A stretch of 64,000 nt of DNA from Bacillota bacterium (GTDB lineage: Bacteria; Bacillota; Clostridia; Saccharofermentanales; DTU023): the NCBI GenBank assembly GCA_023389255.1, contig JAEWER010000033.1, positions 198-64,197 of the forward strand. The letters are read 5' to 3'. The notes below the pieces were generated by a model, which saw only the letters and a list, made by a program, of their open reading frames with translations, was not told where the DNA came from and searched no databases. Every line of letters starts with the position of its first letter. Position 1 is the first letter of the stretch. The translations under genes and the position numbers were made by a program. Below, piece by piece: positions 9,223-18,272 of this stretch.

Positions 9223-10518
9223 CTAAGAAACATAGTTTGTGGGGTCTACGGGAACACCATTGATACGGATTTCGAAGTGAATATGGTTACCAGTTGAATC
9301 ACCAGTTGATCCTACGTAGCCAATGGTCTGACCCTGCGCAACGTGATCACCAACACCACAAGCATAACCACTCATATGACCATACGCAGTGGCATAACCA
9401 TTGCCATGATCAATCAAAATAAAGTTACCATAGCCACCATACCACTCTGCAATCTGCACTGTGCCGGCATCGGAGGCAAGAATGGGAGTTCCGCCCGGTG
9501 CACCGATATCGATACCACTGTGGAAACTTCTACCAAACATATAACGCTCGCCAAAACCTGAGGTGATAGTATAACCATTATTGGATGGCCAAATGAAATG
9601 ACCGGTCGGAGTGGTTGAGCCTGAACTATCAGTATTTGGTGTGTCGACTTCAGTTATATCATCGCTATCAGTTGAGGTATCGTTTGCTTCCTCTTCTTGT
9701 TTGCGTCTAGCTTCTTCAGCTTGGCGTTGTCTTTCTGCCTCTGCTTCAGCCTTAGCCTGTTCTTCAGCCACGATACGCTCTTTCTCTGTGCTGATCTTGC
9801 CTGCAATTTCATCATTCTGCGCTTGAATGTTTGCCATCTGTTGATGTGCATCACCCAATTTCCAGCTAGCTTCGGCAACTTTCTGGCTGTAATATTTCTC
9901 ATCTTGCTTAATTTTTGCCAACTCCTCGTTGACCTCGGTGATGTGCTCTTTCAAGCCAGCCATACTTTCATCCGTTTGTTTGATTAAGTTGTTGACACGC
10001 AACTCTTCTTGCATCAACTGATCTAAAGCTTCTTCATCGGCTTGAGTTACGGTATTCATAAAACGCATGGTAGAAAAGAAGCCTTGTAATGATTCAGATT
10101 CAAGCAATAGTTCTAACCAGCTCTTACTCTGCATCTCAAACATGGAACTGACACGTTCACCATATTGCTCACGCTTGTTCGCTAAGCGCTTTTGTGCCTC
10201 TTGCAAGTTAATCAGTAAACTTTGTTGCACGCGTAAAGTTTTTTCTTGCTCATCTTGCAATTCGTCTACTTGTTCTTGTTGCTCTTTGCTACGTTTTTTC
10301 AGCCATTCATATTCTTGGCTAGCCTTATCATGTTCTGAACTTAATTCATCTATCTGACTGCTGACATCATCGATTTTAGATTGCAATTCTTCTTGCTCAG
10401 CATAGAGAGAATCTAATTCATCTGCTCTCGTTGCTTGGGGCATGCCTACAAAAACAATGCCTAAAAGTAAAGCGAAAGCTGTACTTAAACTGATGATTTT
10501 ATACTTATTCTTTTTCAT
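9223..10518 (-). CDS. Coiled-coil M23 (LytM-type) metallopeptidase, EnvC/PcsB-analogous partner of FtsEX
   Basis: Signal/TM segment, then ~270 aa of heptad-rich Q/E/K sequence. C-terminal M23 domain with an intact HxxxD (HSGIDIG) and HxH (HIHFEIR). Confidence 0.85.
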   Translation of the reverse strand: MKKNKYKIISLSTAFALLLGIVFVGMPQATRADELDSLYAEQEELQSKIDDVSSQIDELSSEHDKASQEYEWLKKRSKEQQEQVDELQDEQEKTLRVQQSLLINLQEAQKRLANKREQYGERVSSMFEMQSKSWLELLLESESLQGFFSTMRFMNTVTQADEEALDQLMQEELRVNNLIKQTDESMAGLKEHITEVNEELAKIKQDEKYYSQKVAEASWKLGDAHQQMANIQAQNDEIAGKISTEKERIVAEEQAKAEAEAERQRQAEEARRKQEEEANDTSTDSDDITEVDTPNTDSSGSTTPTGHFIWPSNNGYTITSGFGERYMFGRSFHSGIDIGAPGGTPILASDAGTVQIAEWYGGYGNFILIDHGNGYATAYGHMSGYACGVGDHVAQGQTIGYVGSTGDSTGNHIHFEIRINGVPVDPTNYVS

Positions 10519-10541
10519 ATAACCTCGTAGTTGGCTACTGC

Positions 10542-11438
10542 TTAAACGCGGGTATGCTTTCTGACTGCTAATGCACTGGTCACGCCACCTAACATAACAC
10601 CGACTAAAACAATGATCATTACCGTTAAAGGCAACATGGTGTACGGGCTGATTAAGGTAAAGTCATTGCGACTCAAGACGTTTACAGCAAAGCGATTGTA
10701 GAGAGCCATATATACGGCGGTAAATAGACCGCTGGCGATTACGGCTGCAACTAAGCCGACAATCATACCTTGCACTACAAACGGAATACGAATGTAGCGG
10801 TTGGTTGCACCAATATATTTCATAACGTTGATCTCGTAGGAACGAGCAAGCGCTGCCACCCGTGTCATATTAGAGACAATAAAAACGGTGATGGTGGCAA
10901 GAGCGATGAAAACAAGAACACTGAGAATATTGACGTGAGTTTTTAGTTTGCCTAAAAACTCCATTACTCCCTGCTCTAAGTGTACTTCGTGCACGGAGGG
11001 GAATTGCATAACTTCTTCTCTGAATTGTTCACCCAAAGTTGGATCTTGCAAACGAACTTGGATGGTATAAGGTATACGTTTTTGGTAATCAAAACCTTCG
11101 TACAGTTCATCTCTACCAATGCTCTTTTTGAAATTATTGAAATTCTTTTCTGGCGAATATACTTCATGGAAAACGACGCTGTCACTTGCTTCTAAAATGT
11201 TATCTAGCTGTTTTACCATACCTTCACTGGTACCAGTTTTGAATAAAATCTCAATTGGAGGTTGTTGTCCTGCTACCTCAACTAAATGGTTGGTGTTTGC
11301 TGAAAAAGCAAAGAAACAGGCAACCAAGAGCAACAAGAGCATCATGGTTGTGATCGAAGCGAACAGAACTAGCGGATGGCGAAAAATACCTTTGAAACCA
11401 TCACGCAAAGCATAACGGTAACCTTTAGTCTTGACCAT
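10542..11438 (-). CDS. ftsX: Cell-division ABC transporter permease-like protein FtsX
   Basis: 4-TM FtsX architecture with a large first extracellular loop. 14-nt overlap with ftsE. GGAGG upstream of the ATG. Confidence 0.85.
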   Translation of the reverse strand: MVKTKGYRYALRDGFKGIFRHPLVLFASITTMMLLLLLVACFFAFSANTNHLVEVAGQQPPIEILFKTGTSEGMVKQLDNILEASDSVVFHEVYSPEKNFNNFKKSIGRDELYEGFDYQKRIPYTIQVRLQDPTLGEQFREEVMQFPSVHEVHLEQGVMEFLGKLKTHVNILSVLVFIALATITVFIVSNMTRVAALARSYEINVMKYIGATNRYIRIPFVVQGMIVGLVAAVIASGLFTAVYMALYNRFAVNVLSRNDFTLISPYTMLPLTVMIIVLVGVMLGGVTSALAVRKHTRV

Positions 11439-12489
11439 GCTCTGCCTCCGTTTCTGCTTTTTGCTTACTGTCTAGGCGAATAGCGCCACTGGTAAAATCA
11501 TCTTCGTTTATGACACTATCGGTTTCTAGTTCATCACTATTGCTGTTATGCCCTTCTTCTACCTCAATTAGATGAGCCCCTCTGGTATGGGGATGTTCAT
11601 TCATCTCAGCAATATCTTCGCTAGTAAGGCTTTTCTCACTGAAACGCAAACTTGCAATACGCTCCGCTAGGGTTGCATTGTTGTGTTGACGACGTTTTCT
11701 CTGTGCTTCTGCATTCTCTTCTTGCTCTTTTTGCCAGAGTGAAAAGTCGAAACCACTGAACAGTGCTTGCATTTGCTCTCTGTCTTCTTCACTTCTTACT
11801 AGGCACAAATCTTGTTCCTCGCTGGAAGCAGGTTCGTCATTAACTACTTGACCATCGTGGATCGTGATGGTGCGCTTATTCATCTGTTTTATCAGTTCGA
11901 TATTGTGACTACAAACAATAACAGTAGCACCCATCTTATTGATTTCATCCAACATCGCCATCGTAGCTTCACTAGTAGTGGGGTCAAGGTTACCCGTTGG
12001 CTCGTCCGCAAGAATTAGGCGTGGATTATTGGCCATAGCACGGGCTACACCTACACGTTGCTGTTCACCACCTGATAATTCATCTGGATAATCGTTGGTT
12101 TTATGACGCAGACCAACCATGCTGAGCAACATGTTAACTCTCTGCTTAATCTGCTTGGGTCTTGCACCCACAATTTCCATCGCCATTGCTACATTTTCGA
12201 ACACTGTTTTGCTTTCAATTAAGCGATAGTCCTGGAAAATCATGCCGATTTTACGACGCACTTGAGGTACCAAACGTCTGGACATACGACTGATCTCATA
12301 ATCGTCAACGAGTACTCGTCCCTCAGTTGGGTTCTCTTCGCAGGAAAGCAACTTAATTAAAGTGGACTTACCTGCACCACTCTCACCGATGATGAACACG
12401 AACTCACCATCGCCAATTTCTAAATTGACGTCTCGCAAGGCTTCTGCACCGTTGGCATAGACTTTGCTGACATTCTGAAAAATAATCAA
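11425..12489 (-). CDS. ftsE: Cell-division ATP-binding protein FtsE with an atypical ~136-aa acidic C-terminal extension
   Basis: Walker [10 protein letters not shown], signature LSGGEQQR, Walker [12 protein letters not shown] start at 12489 preceded by GAGGAA. The canonical FtsE core ends near residue 218 of 354. Confidence 0.85.
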   Translation of the reverse strand: MIIFQNVSKVYANGAEALRDVNLEIGDGEFVFIIGESGAGKSTLIKLLSCEENPTEGRVLVDDYEISRMSRRLVPQVRRKIGMIFQDYRLIESKTVFENVAMAMEIVGARPKQIKQRVNMLLSMVGLRHKTNDYPDELSGGEQQRVGVARAMANNPRLILADEPTGNLDPTTSEATMAMLDEINKMGATVIVCSHNIELIKQMNKRTITIHDGQVVNDEPASSEEQDLCLVRSEEDREQMQALFSGFDFSLWQKEQEENAEAQRKRRQHNNATLAERIASLRFSEKSLTSEDIAEMNEHPHTRGAHLIEVEEGHNSNSDELETDSVINEDDFTSGAIRLDSKQKAETEAEHGQD

Positions 12490-12569
12490 GGTTATTCCTC
12501 ACTACTTAGTATCTATCAAAATATAGCACCACAGCTTTGTAAATCTGTGGCGAGAATGTGGCATTTGCT

Positions 12570-12602
12570 AATAACAAGACAGACTTCCTTGGAAGTCTGC
12601 CG
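12570..12602 (-). terminator. Probable terminator after the CdaR-like regulator gene
   Basis: Minus-strand CAGACTTCC..GGAAGTCTG hairpin followed by TCTTGTTATT. Confidence 0.55.
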
Positions 12603-12641
12603 TACTTTGTTATATTTCCATTAATTAAAGATGCCGTCAAC

Positions 12642-13733
12642 TTATTTGCTTAAGCTCTGTGCCTCGCGAAAGATAGTTTCTAGGTATTTACGCACCATAG
12701 AAGCTAGCTTAAACAGCACAGCATCATCAAAACTTCTCAGATCTAGACCAGTAATTTTCTGTACCTTATCTAAACGATATACCAACGTATTACGGTGCAC
12801 GAACAACTGGCGTGAAGTCTCTGAGCCATTCAGGTTGTTTTCAAAGAATTTTTGGATGGTGAGCAATGTTTCTTCATCCAATTCTTCGTAGGTATTGTTA
12901 TCGAAAACTTCAGATAAGAACATCTGACATAAGGTAGGTGGCAACTGATAGATCAAGCGACCTAGACCTAATTTGTTATAACGCATAATACGTTGATCAT
13001 CGGTGAAAATTTTACCAACTGTTAGTGCCAAAGATGCCTCACGATAAGATTTAGGAATATCTTTGAGCGTATCTACAGGCATGCCCACACCTAAGTTGAC
13101 ACGACAACCTAAATTCTTTTCAAAGAACTCTAGAATCGCATTAGGTAGCTCTTCACGCTCAAATTCATCTAAGTTATCTAAATCAACGATTAAAACAAAA
13201 TTATTTTCGTCTAAAGGCAAGTAATTCCATTTCTGACAGTAGTTGCGATCGCTTTCCACTAATTCTCGCACCTGATTGGAATTGCCTACACTCGGATGCA
13301 CATAGAAACACTGACGAGGCAGGCTAAAAGTCAGCTGGAACTCACGAGCTTTGAGAGGGATATCGCCAGGTAACTCGTTTTCTAGCAATACATTCTTAAG
13401 AAAACTTTCGCACTCAGCCTCTTGATTACGCATCATAAGAGCTGAAGTTAACCAACCTGCAACCAGTTGCAAGTATTTATTGGTTTCATCATCCAAACCC
13501 TGAATGCTGACAATCAGTTTGACTTCACCACTGATATATATTTTGAGCATTTGGCTTGTATCTGTTTTCAATAACTTTTCGGTTGAACGAGAAAAAGCAG
13601 ATGCCACATCGTCAAATTTATTGACTTGCTCTTTTTCCGTGGAATAGACCACCACGCCTTTATTGTCAAAAATGCTGATCTTGCGACCTAAGGTAGCACC
13701 AGCCTGATTGATTATATTTTTTAGATCTTCCAT
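12642..13733 (-). CDS. CdaR/PucR-family transcriptional regulator (sugar-diacid-regulator-like)
   Basis: C-terminal PucR-type HTH: ETSRQLFVHRNTLVYRLDKVQKITGLDLRSFDDAVLF. GGAGGA RBS. Confidence 0.8.
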   Translation of the reverse strand: MEDLKNIINQAGATLGRKISIFDNKGVVVYSTEKEQVNKFDDVASAFSRSTEKLLKTDTSQMLKIYISGEVKLIVSIQGLDDETNKYLQLVAGWLTSALMMRNQEAECESFLKNVLLENELPGDIPLKAREFQLTFSLPRQCFYVHPSVGNSNQVRELVESDRNYCQKWNYLPLDENNFVLIVDLDNLDEFEREELPNAILEFFEKNLGCRVNLGVGMPVDTLKDIPKSYREASLALTVGKIFTDDQRIMRYNKLGLGRLIYQLPPTLCQMFLSEVFDNNTYEELDEETLLTIQKFFENNLNGSETSRQLFVHRNTLVYRLDKVQKITGLDLRSFDDAVLFKLASMVRKYLETIFREAQSLSK

Positions 13734-13745
13734 GATGGCTTCCTC

Positions 13746-15431
13746 CTAAGACAATCCCACTATGGTTCCGTCTGGCAATAGATCCATTTGCTCAGCTGCG
13801 GGCACTTTGGGTAGGCCAGGCATCGTCATAATAGTGCCTGTCAACGCTACTACAAAACCTGCGCCTGCAGCAAGACGCACATCACGCACCGTCATCTCAA
13901 AGGTTTCTGGTGCGCCCAACTTAGTAGCATCATCGGAAAAACTGTACTGCGTCTTCGCCATACAAATTGGTAAATTACCGTAACCGAGCTCAGTTAATTT
14001 AGCTAACTTTTGCTGGCAGGCCTTAGTAAAATTCACCTTGTCTGCCCGATAGATGCGTTTTGCTATACTCTCTATTTTAGCGCACAGATCAAGCTCATCA
14101 GCATAACAAAATGTTAGCTCGCTGTCTTGATTGGCTACTTCTACTACTTTATCGGCAAGAGTTAGCGCTCCGGCACCACCCTTAGCCCATACATCGGATA
14201 ATTCAATTGCCAAGCCCTCTTTTTCCCCTAAACGGAGAAGCTCTGCAACTTCTGCGTCGGTATCACTAGGGAAACGATTTATGGCAACTACCACAGGCAA
14301 ATTGAATACTTCTTTAATATTAGCTGCGTGGCGCAACAGATTAGGCATACCCTTGCGCATCGCTTCAATATTTTCTACATTTAAGTCTTTTTTGACAACT
14401 CCACCATGCATTTTCAATGCACGAATCGTCGCTACTAAAACCACAGCATCTGGGCTCAAATCTGCTAAACGGCACTTGATATCTAGGAATTTTTCCGCTC
14501 CTAAATCGGCACCAAAACCTGCTTCAGTAATAGTGTAATTACTATAAGCCAATGCTGTTTTAGTTGCTAAAACACTGTTACAGCCATGCGCTATATTAGC
14601 AAACGGACCACCATGCACCAGTGCCGGTGTGTGCTCTAGCGTCTGTACTAAATTAGGTTTGAGCGCTTCTTTCAGCAACACCGCCATTGCCCCCGTAGCT
14701 TTTAAGTGATCACAAGTTATAGGCTTACCCGAACGGCTATAGGCTACAATCATACGACCTAAACGCTTTTTAAGATCGGTATAAGACGAGCTCAGACAGA
14801 GAACTGCCATCACTTCTGACGCTACTGTAATATCAAAACCATCTTCTCGTGGAACGCCATTAGTTTTACCACCTAAACCATCTAAAACGTTGCGCAATTG
14901 ACGATCATTCATATCGACACAGCGTCGCCAGGTGATATTTCTGGTATCAATATCCAGCTCATTTCCTTGATGAATGTGATTGTCCAACATCGCTGCTAGC
15001 AAATTGTTGGCAGAAGTTAAGGCGTGAAAGTCACCCGTAAAGTGCAAGTTGAGTTGCTCCATCGGTACCACTTGCGCATAACCACCACCAGCAGCTCCCC
15101 CCTTGATACCAAATACCGGACCAAGTGATGGTTCCCTTAACGCGACAATGGCATTTTTGCCACGCTGGTTGAGAGCATCTGCTAAACCTATAGTTGTAGT
15201 CGTTTTGCCCTCTCCTGCCGGCGTCGGAGTAATAGCAGTAACTAAAATTAATTTACCGCGCTTGTGCAACTTATTCTGTTTTTCAACTTCGGGCAAAGTG
15301 GCGAAATTTACTTTTGCCATGTAATTACCGTATTGTTCACACTCAGAAAAAGGTATGCCTGCACGCTCTGCAATTTCTTTGATGGGTAATAACTTAGCTT
15401 GTTGTGCAATTTCTAAATCAGTTAAGGCCAT
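13746..15431 (-). CDS. fhs: Formate--tetrahydrofolate ligase
   Basis: [21 protein letters not shown]..., [15 protein letters not shown]. Start set at the third in-frame ATG (15431), which is directly preceded by GGAGGAG. Confidence 0.95.
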   Translation of the reverse strand: MALTDLEIAQQAKLLPIKEIAERAGIPFSECEQYGNYMAKVNFATLPEVEKQNKLHKRGKLILVTAITPTPAGEGKTTTTIGLADALNQRGKNAIVALREPSLGPVFGIKGGAAGGGYAQVVPMEQLNLHFTGDFHALTSANNLLAAMLDNHIHQGNELDIDTRNITWRRCVDMNDRQLRNVLDGLGGKTNGVPREDGFDITVASEVMAVLCLSSSYTDLKKRLGRMIVAYSRSGKPITCDHLKATGAMAVLLKEALKPNLVQTLEHTPALVHGGPFANIAHGCNSVLATKTALAYSNYTITEAGFGADLGAEKFLDIKCRLADLSPDAVVLVATIRALKMHGGVVKKDLNVENIEAMRKGMPNLLRHAANIKEVFNLPVVVAINRFPSDTDAEVAELLRLGEKEGLAIELSDVWAKGGAGALTLADKVVEVANQDSELTFCYADELDLCAKIESIAKRIYRADKVNFTKACQQKLAKLTELGYGNLPICMAKTQYSFSDDATKLGAPETFEMTVRDVRLAAGAGFVVALTGTIMTMPGLPKVPAAEQMDLLPDGTIVGLS

Positions 15432-15606
15432 TTCTCCTCCCATGTTGCTTGACATACCTAGAGTTTTCTTGCATCTACTGAGCCGATTTAGGCAAAGTCA
15501 GAAGCGCATTTTCACTCTTTTATACAATAACGACTTCCACTTTTTGGGCGCATTGAATAAAAAGGTACTGTTTATTATATGCTAAGTACAACAAGGTAGC
15601 TAAGAA

Positions 15607-16335
15607 TTAAGCGTAATCTTCTGTCAAGCCAGACTCTAAGGCTTGTAAATTTACCAGCCAAATTACTCTGCCACTAACTTTAATTAAACCATCTCTTTCC
15701 ATGCTGATTAATTCTCGTGAAAATGACGGTCTGGGCATAGCTAGCAGTCTGGCAATAACTTCTTTTGATGCTGGTAACTCAATAGCTTGTGTGGAGATAA
15801 TCTTGGATGCCTGTTCTAAAGTTTGGTTGTCTGTAGCTAGTTGTTCACGCAACAATTCCAGCAAATAACAAGATACCTTGTTGCGCAGGGTACGTTGTGA
15901 CAACACATAAATGCGCTGGTTATGCATGTGCAAACGATCACTCAACAAACATAAAAAGTTAGTAATCATCTGCGGAGATTTAGCAAACATCTCTAACAAC
16001 GATTCATAGTTAATGAACAACACTTTTGAAGCAGATACCGCTTCCAGTGATGTCGGATAACGACGGTGACCACTAAAAATTAGTTCTTCACCAAAAATTT
16101 CGCCACTACCGAGTAGGTCGAGTGTGGAGTATACGCCAGACGGTGAGTATTTTTGCTTAGCTAATTGACCCTCTAAAATTAGACCAATTCCAGGACAATC
16201 ATCGCCTTCCCTTGCGACTAAATCGCCTTTGTTGTAGGAAATAGAATTTGCTCTGTGGCAAAAATCTAAATAAACCTCATCTGGTAAACCTGCAAACAGG
16301 GGAGTCTTCGATATAAATTCGCACAGTCGGCGCAT
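15607..16335 (-). CDS. Crp/Fnr-family transcriptional regulator (cNMP-binding domain plus C-terminal HTH)
   Basis: LFAGLPDE...GDLVAREGD...GEIFGEE cNMP-binding-like fold. HTH: ASKEVIARLLAMPRPSFSRELISMERDGLI. Start set at ATG 16335 (AGGAG at 16341-16345), because the track's longer ORF runs into the tRNA gene. No FNR-type Cys cluster. Confidence 0.8.
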   Translation of the reverse strand: MRRLCEFISKTPLFAGLPDEVYLDFCHRANSISYNKGDLVAREGDDCPGIGLILEGQLAKQKYSPSGVYSTLDLLGSGEIFGEELIFSGHRRYPTSLEAVSASKVLFINYESLLEMFAKSPQMITNFLCLLSDRLHMHNQRIYVLSQRTLRNKVSCYLLELLREQLATDNQTLEQASKIISTQAIELPASKEVIARLLAMPRPSFSRELISMERDGLIKVSGRVIWLVNLQALESGLTEDYA

Positions 16336-16355
16336 AGCGGCTCCTAAAAATAAAC

Positions 16356-16438
16356 TGGTGCGGACAACAGGACTCGAACCTGCACGCTCGCGCATTGGAA
16401 CCTAAATCCAACGTGTCTGCCAATTCCACCATGTCCGC
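16356..16438 (-). tRNA. tRNA-Leu (anticodon UAG), with encoded CCA
   Basis: Minus-strand GCGGACATGGTGGAATTGGCAGACACGTTGGATTTAGGTTCCAATGCGCGAGCGTGCAGGTTCGAGTCCTGTTGTCCGCACCA. It has a 7-bp acceptor stem, anticodon stem TTGGA/TCCAA with loop TTTAGGT, a long variable arm and a GGTTCGAGTCC T-arm. Confidence 0.9.
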
Positions 16439-16448
16439 ATTGGCTAGA

Positions 16449-16477
16449 ATTATACAAGACTGGTGGACGCTAGACAA
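16449..16477 (-). promoter_or_regulatory. Sigma-70-type promoter for tRNA-Leu, and probably for the downstream regulator
   Basis: Minus strand: TTGTCT (16477-16472), 17 nt, TATAAT (16454-16449). The -10 ends 10 nt before the tRNA 5' end. Confidence 0.55.
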
Positions 16478-16525
16478 CTAAAGATGTAGTTTTTCTCCGT
16501 TTCCGCCAGCTCTCACTAATTGTAC

Positions 16526-17302
16526 TCACTCTTCTGTAAGTATCTTCTTTTCTAAAGCTCGTAAATGCTCATAGGATTTTTTCATGCTGACAAAAATATC
16601 ACCAGCTGAATAGTCTTGTTCGATAGCAAAATGTCTAACTCCATTCTGATACCCCCACGAAAGCAGACTCATAAAATCTACCTCGCCTGCACCACATTCA
16701 CGAATATTACGCTCCATATCTTCTAGAGCACCTGCCTTGGTATCAATATCCTTACAATGCAACGTAAGAATTCTACCCTTATATTTTTGGCAATAGGTTA
16801 ACGGATCTCTCTCAGCTACTTTAAGCCAATAAGTGTCTGGTTCAGGTGCTATTTCACTGTTTAGACAGATGTAGTCCATCACTACTTCACCATCAACTAG
16901 GCAGTTGAAGTCATATTCAGGTGAATGTAAACCTAAGCTGATACCTTCTGCTCGTAAAATTGGTAAAGCCTTTTCTAGCATGATTTTAGTTGCGTGATAA
17001 CCAGCTAAATTTTGGTATTCATCATCGATATACTTCAAATAGACCTCAGAGCACGCAAAAAAATGACAGTCATAAATTATTTGTTCGAGCTGATCACGAA
17101 ACAGTTCATGCTTTATATGCATGCTACTCACTTTCAGTTCTGCTCTATCTAGGGCTTCTTTAATCTCTTCTCGAGTATGACCTCTATAACCATCTAATTG
17201 CACCGCTTCAAAGCCGATCTCTTTTACACGTTGCAAACAGTACACTGGATCTTGTGCCAGGGCGTGGCGCAATCCGTACATTTGGCAAATTATACGACTC
17301 AT
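16526..17302 (-). CDS. Sugar phosphate isomerase/epimerase (xylose-isomerase-like TIM barrel)
   Basis: Pattern FEAVQLDGY..., LGLHSPE, LHCKD, FAIEQD, typical of the AP-endonuclease-2/xylose-isomerase-like TIM family. GAGGAA RBS. 2-nt gap to the upstream gene. Confidence 0.65.
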   Translation of the reverse strand: MSRIICQMYGLRHALAQDPVYCLQRVKEIGFEAVQLDGYRGHTREEIKEALDRAELKVSSMHIKHELFRDQLEQIIYDCHFFACSEVYLKYIDDEYQNLAGYHATKIMLEKALPILRAEGISLGLHSPEYDFNCLVDGEVVMDYICLNSEIAPEPDTYWLKVAERDPLTYCQKYKGRILTLHCKDIDTKAGALEDMERNIRECGAGEVDFMSLLSWGYQNGVRHFAIEQDYSAGDIFVSMKKSYEHLRALEKKILTEE

Positions 17303-17304
17303 AT

Positions 17305-18258
17305 CTATTCCTCGAGTGCCAAAAATTTAACTTCTGCAGACGACAATTGAATGTTTGCAGCTTCTAGAGAACTCTCTAATTCACTCACTTTTTCTGGGCC
17401 AATAATTGCTGCAATATTATCTCCTTTGTGCAAAACCCAAGCCAATGCAATTTGAATAGGTGAGCAACCTTTTTTCACAGCTAAATCTTTAGCTCTTTCA
17501 TAGCGTAGCCAGTTATCTTCGTTATAGAAACAGGCCTTAATCTCAGGATCAGGACAATGCTCTGGGGTAAATCTACCCGAGAAAAATCCTCCGGCTTGAC
17601 TAGACCAAGAAACGAGCGCTAAATCGTGTTGCAAGTGCCAATCAACCATGTCCTTATCGGCTGAAACACAACCTGGCCAGCGTGGAATCATCGGCACTGC
17701 CAAACTGAGATTAGGCGAAGTGAAAGACAGTGGGTATAGTCCATGCTTTTGGGCATACTCTTGCGCTTCTATGATGCGGGGCAACTCCCAGTTAGAAACA
17801 CCTATAGCTTGTATATAACCCTTTTCGATTTGCTCAGCTAAGGCTTCTAGAATTTCACCCACTGGTACAGTAGGGTCATCACGATGTAAAGCATACAATT
17901 CCACGTAATCTGTGTTTAGTTTTTCTAAACTTTGCAACACATCTTCTCTGATACACTCTGCATTAACTCGCTTAACATCTCTTGCTTCTCGTTTAGGGTG
18001 ACAACCTTTAGTTAAAACCTGCAGACGCTTTCTATTACCAGAAACTTTAAACCATTCGCCAATAGCTAATTCTGCATGTCTATAGTGTTCTGCAGTATCG
18101 ATAATGTTGCCACCATGAGCAATATATGTCTCAAACATTTCCGCTACAGCATCCATGTTGTCGGGACGTAAAAAATCTGCAGAACCTAAAAATAATTTAC
18201 TGGCGTGAAGAGTAATTTCTTCTCCCTTGCGCCAACCCTTAATTGCAATTTGTTCCAT
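17305..18258 (-). CDS. Aldo/keto reductase
   Basis: GNIIDTAEHY, LTKG, IGVSNW, IAAIIGP: classic AKR motifs. Confidence 0.85.
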   Translation of the reverse strand: MEQIAIKGWRKGEEITLHASKLFLGSADFLRPDNMDAVAEMFETYIAHGGNIIDTAEHYRHAELAIGEWFKVSGNRKRLQVLTKGCHPKREARDVKRVNAECIREDVLQSLEKLNTDYVELYALHRDDPTVPVGEILEALAEQIEKGYIQAIGVSNWELPRIIEAQEYAQKHGLYPLSFTSPNLSLAVPMIPRWPGCVSADKDMVDWHLQHDLALVSWSSQAGGFFSGRFTPEHCPDPEIKACFYNEDNWLRYERAKDLAVKKGCSPIQIALAWVLHKGDNIAAIIGPEKVSELESSLEAANIQLSSAEVKFLALEE

Positions 18259-18272
18259 AACTTTACCTTCTT

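Noticed and set aside
15432-15606. The ~150-nt leader of fhs as a possible THF or other riboswitch.
   Set aside because: I could not recognise any conserved riboswitch core or a terminator/antiterminator alternative. The region is AT-rich and is more simply explained as a promoter plus 5' UTR. A covariance-model scan would be needed to be sure.
16277-16477. Track ORFs overlapping the tRNA gene: a 66-aa ORF and the 20-codon N-terminal extension of the Crp/Fnr ORF (16336-16395).
   Set aside because: The sequence folds into a canonical tRNA-Leu. An ATG with an AGGAG RBS lies just downstream of the tRNA, so the longer readings are artefacts.
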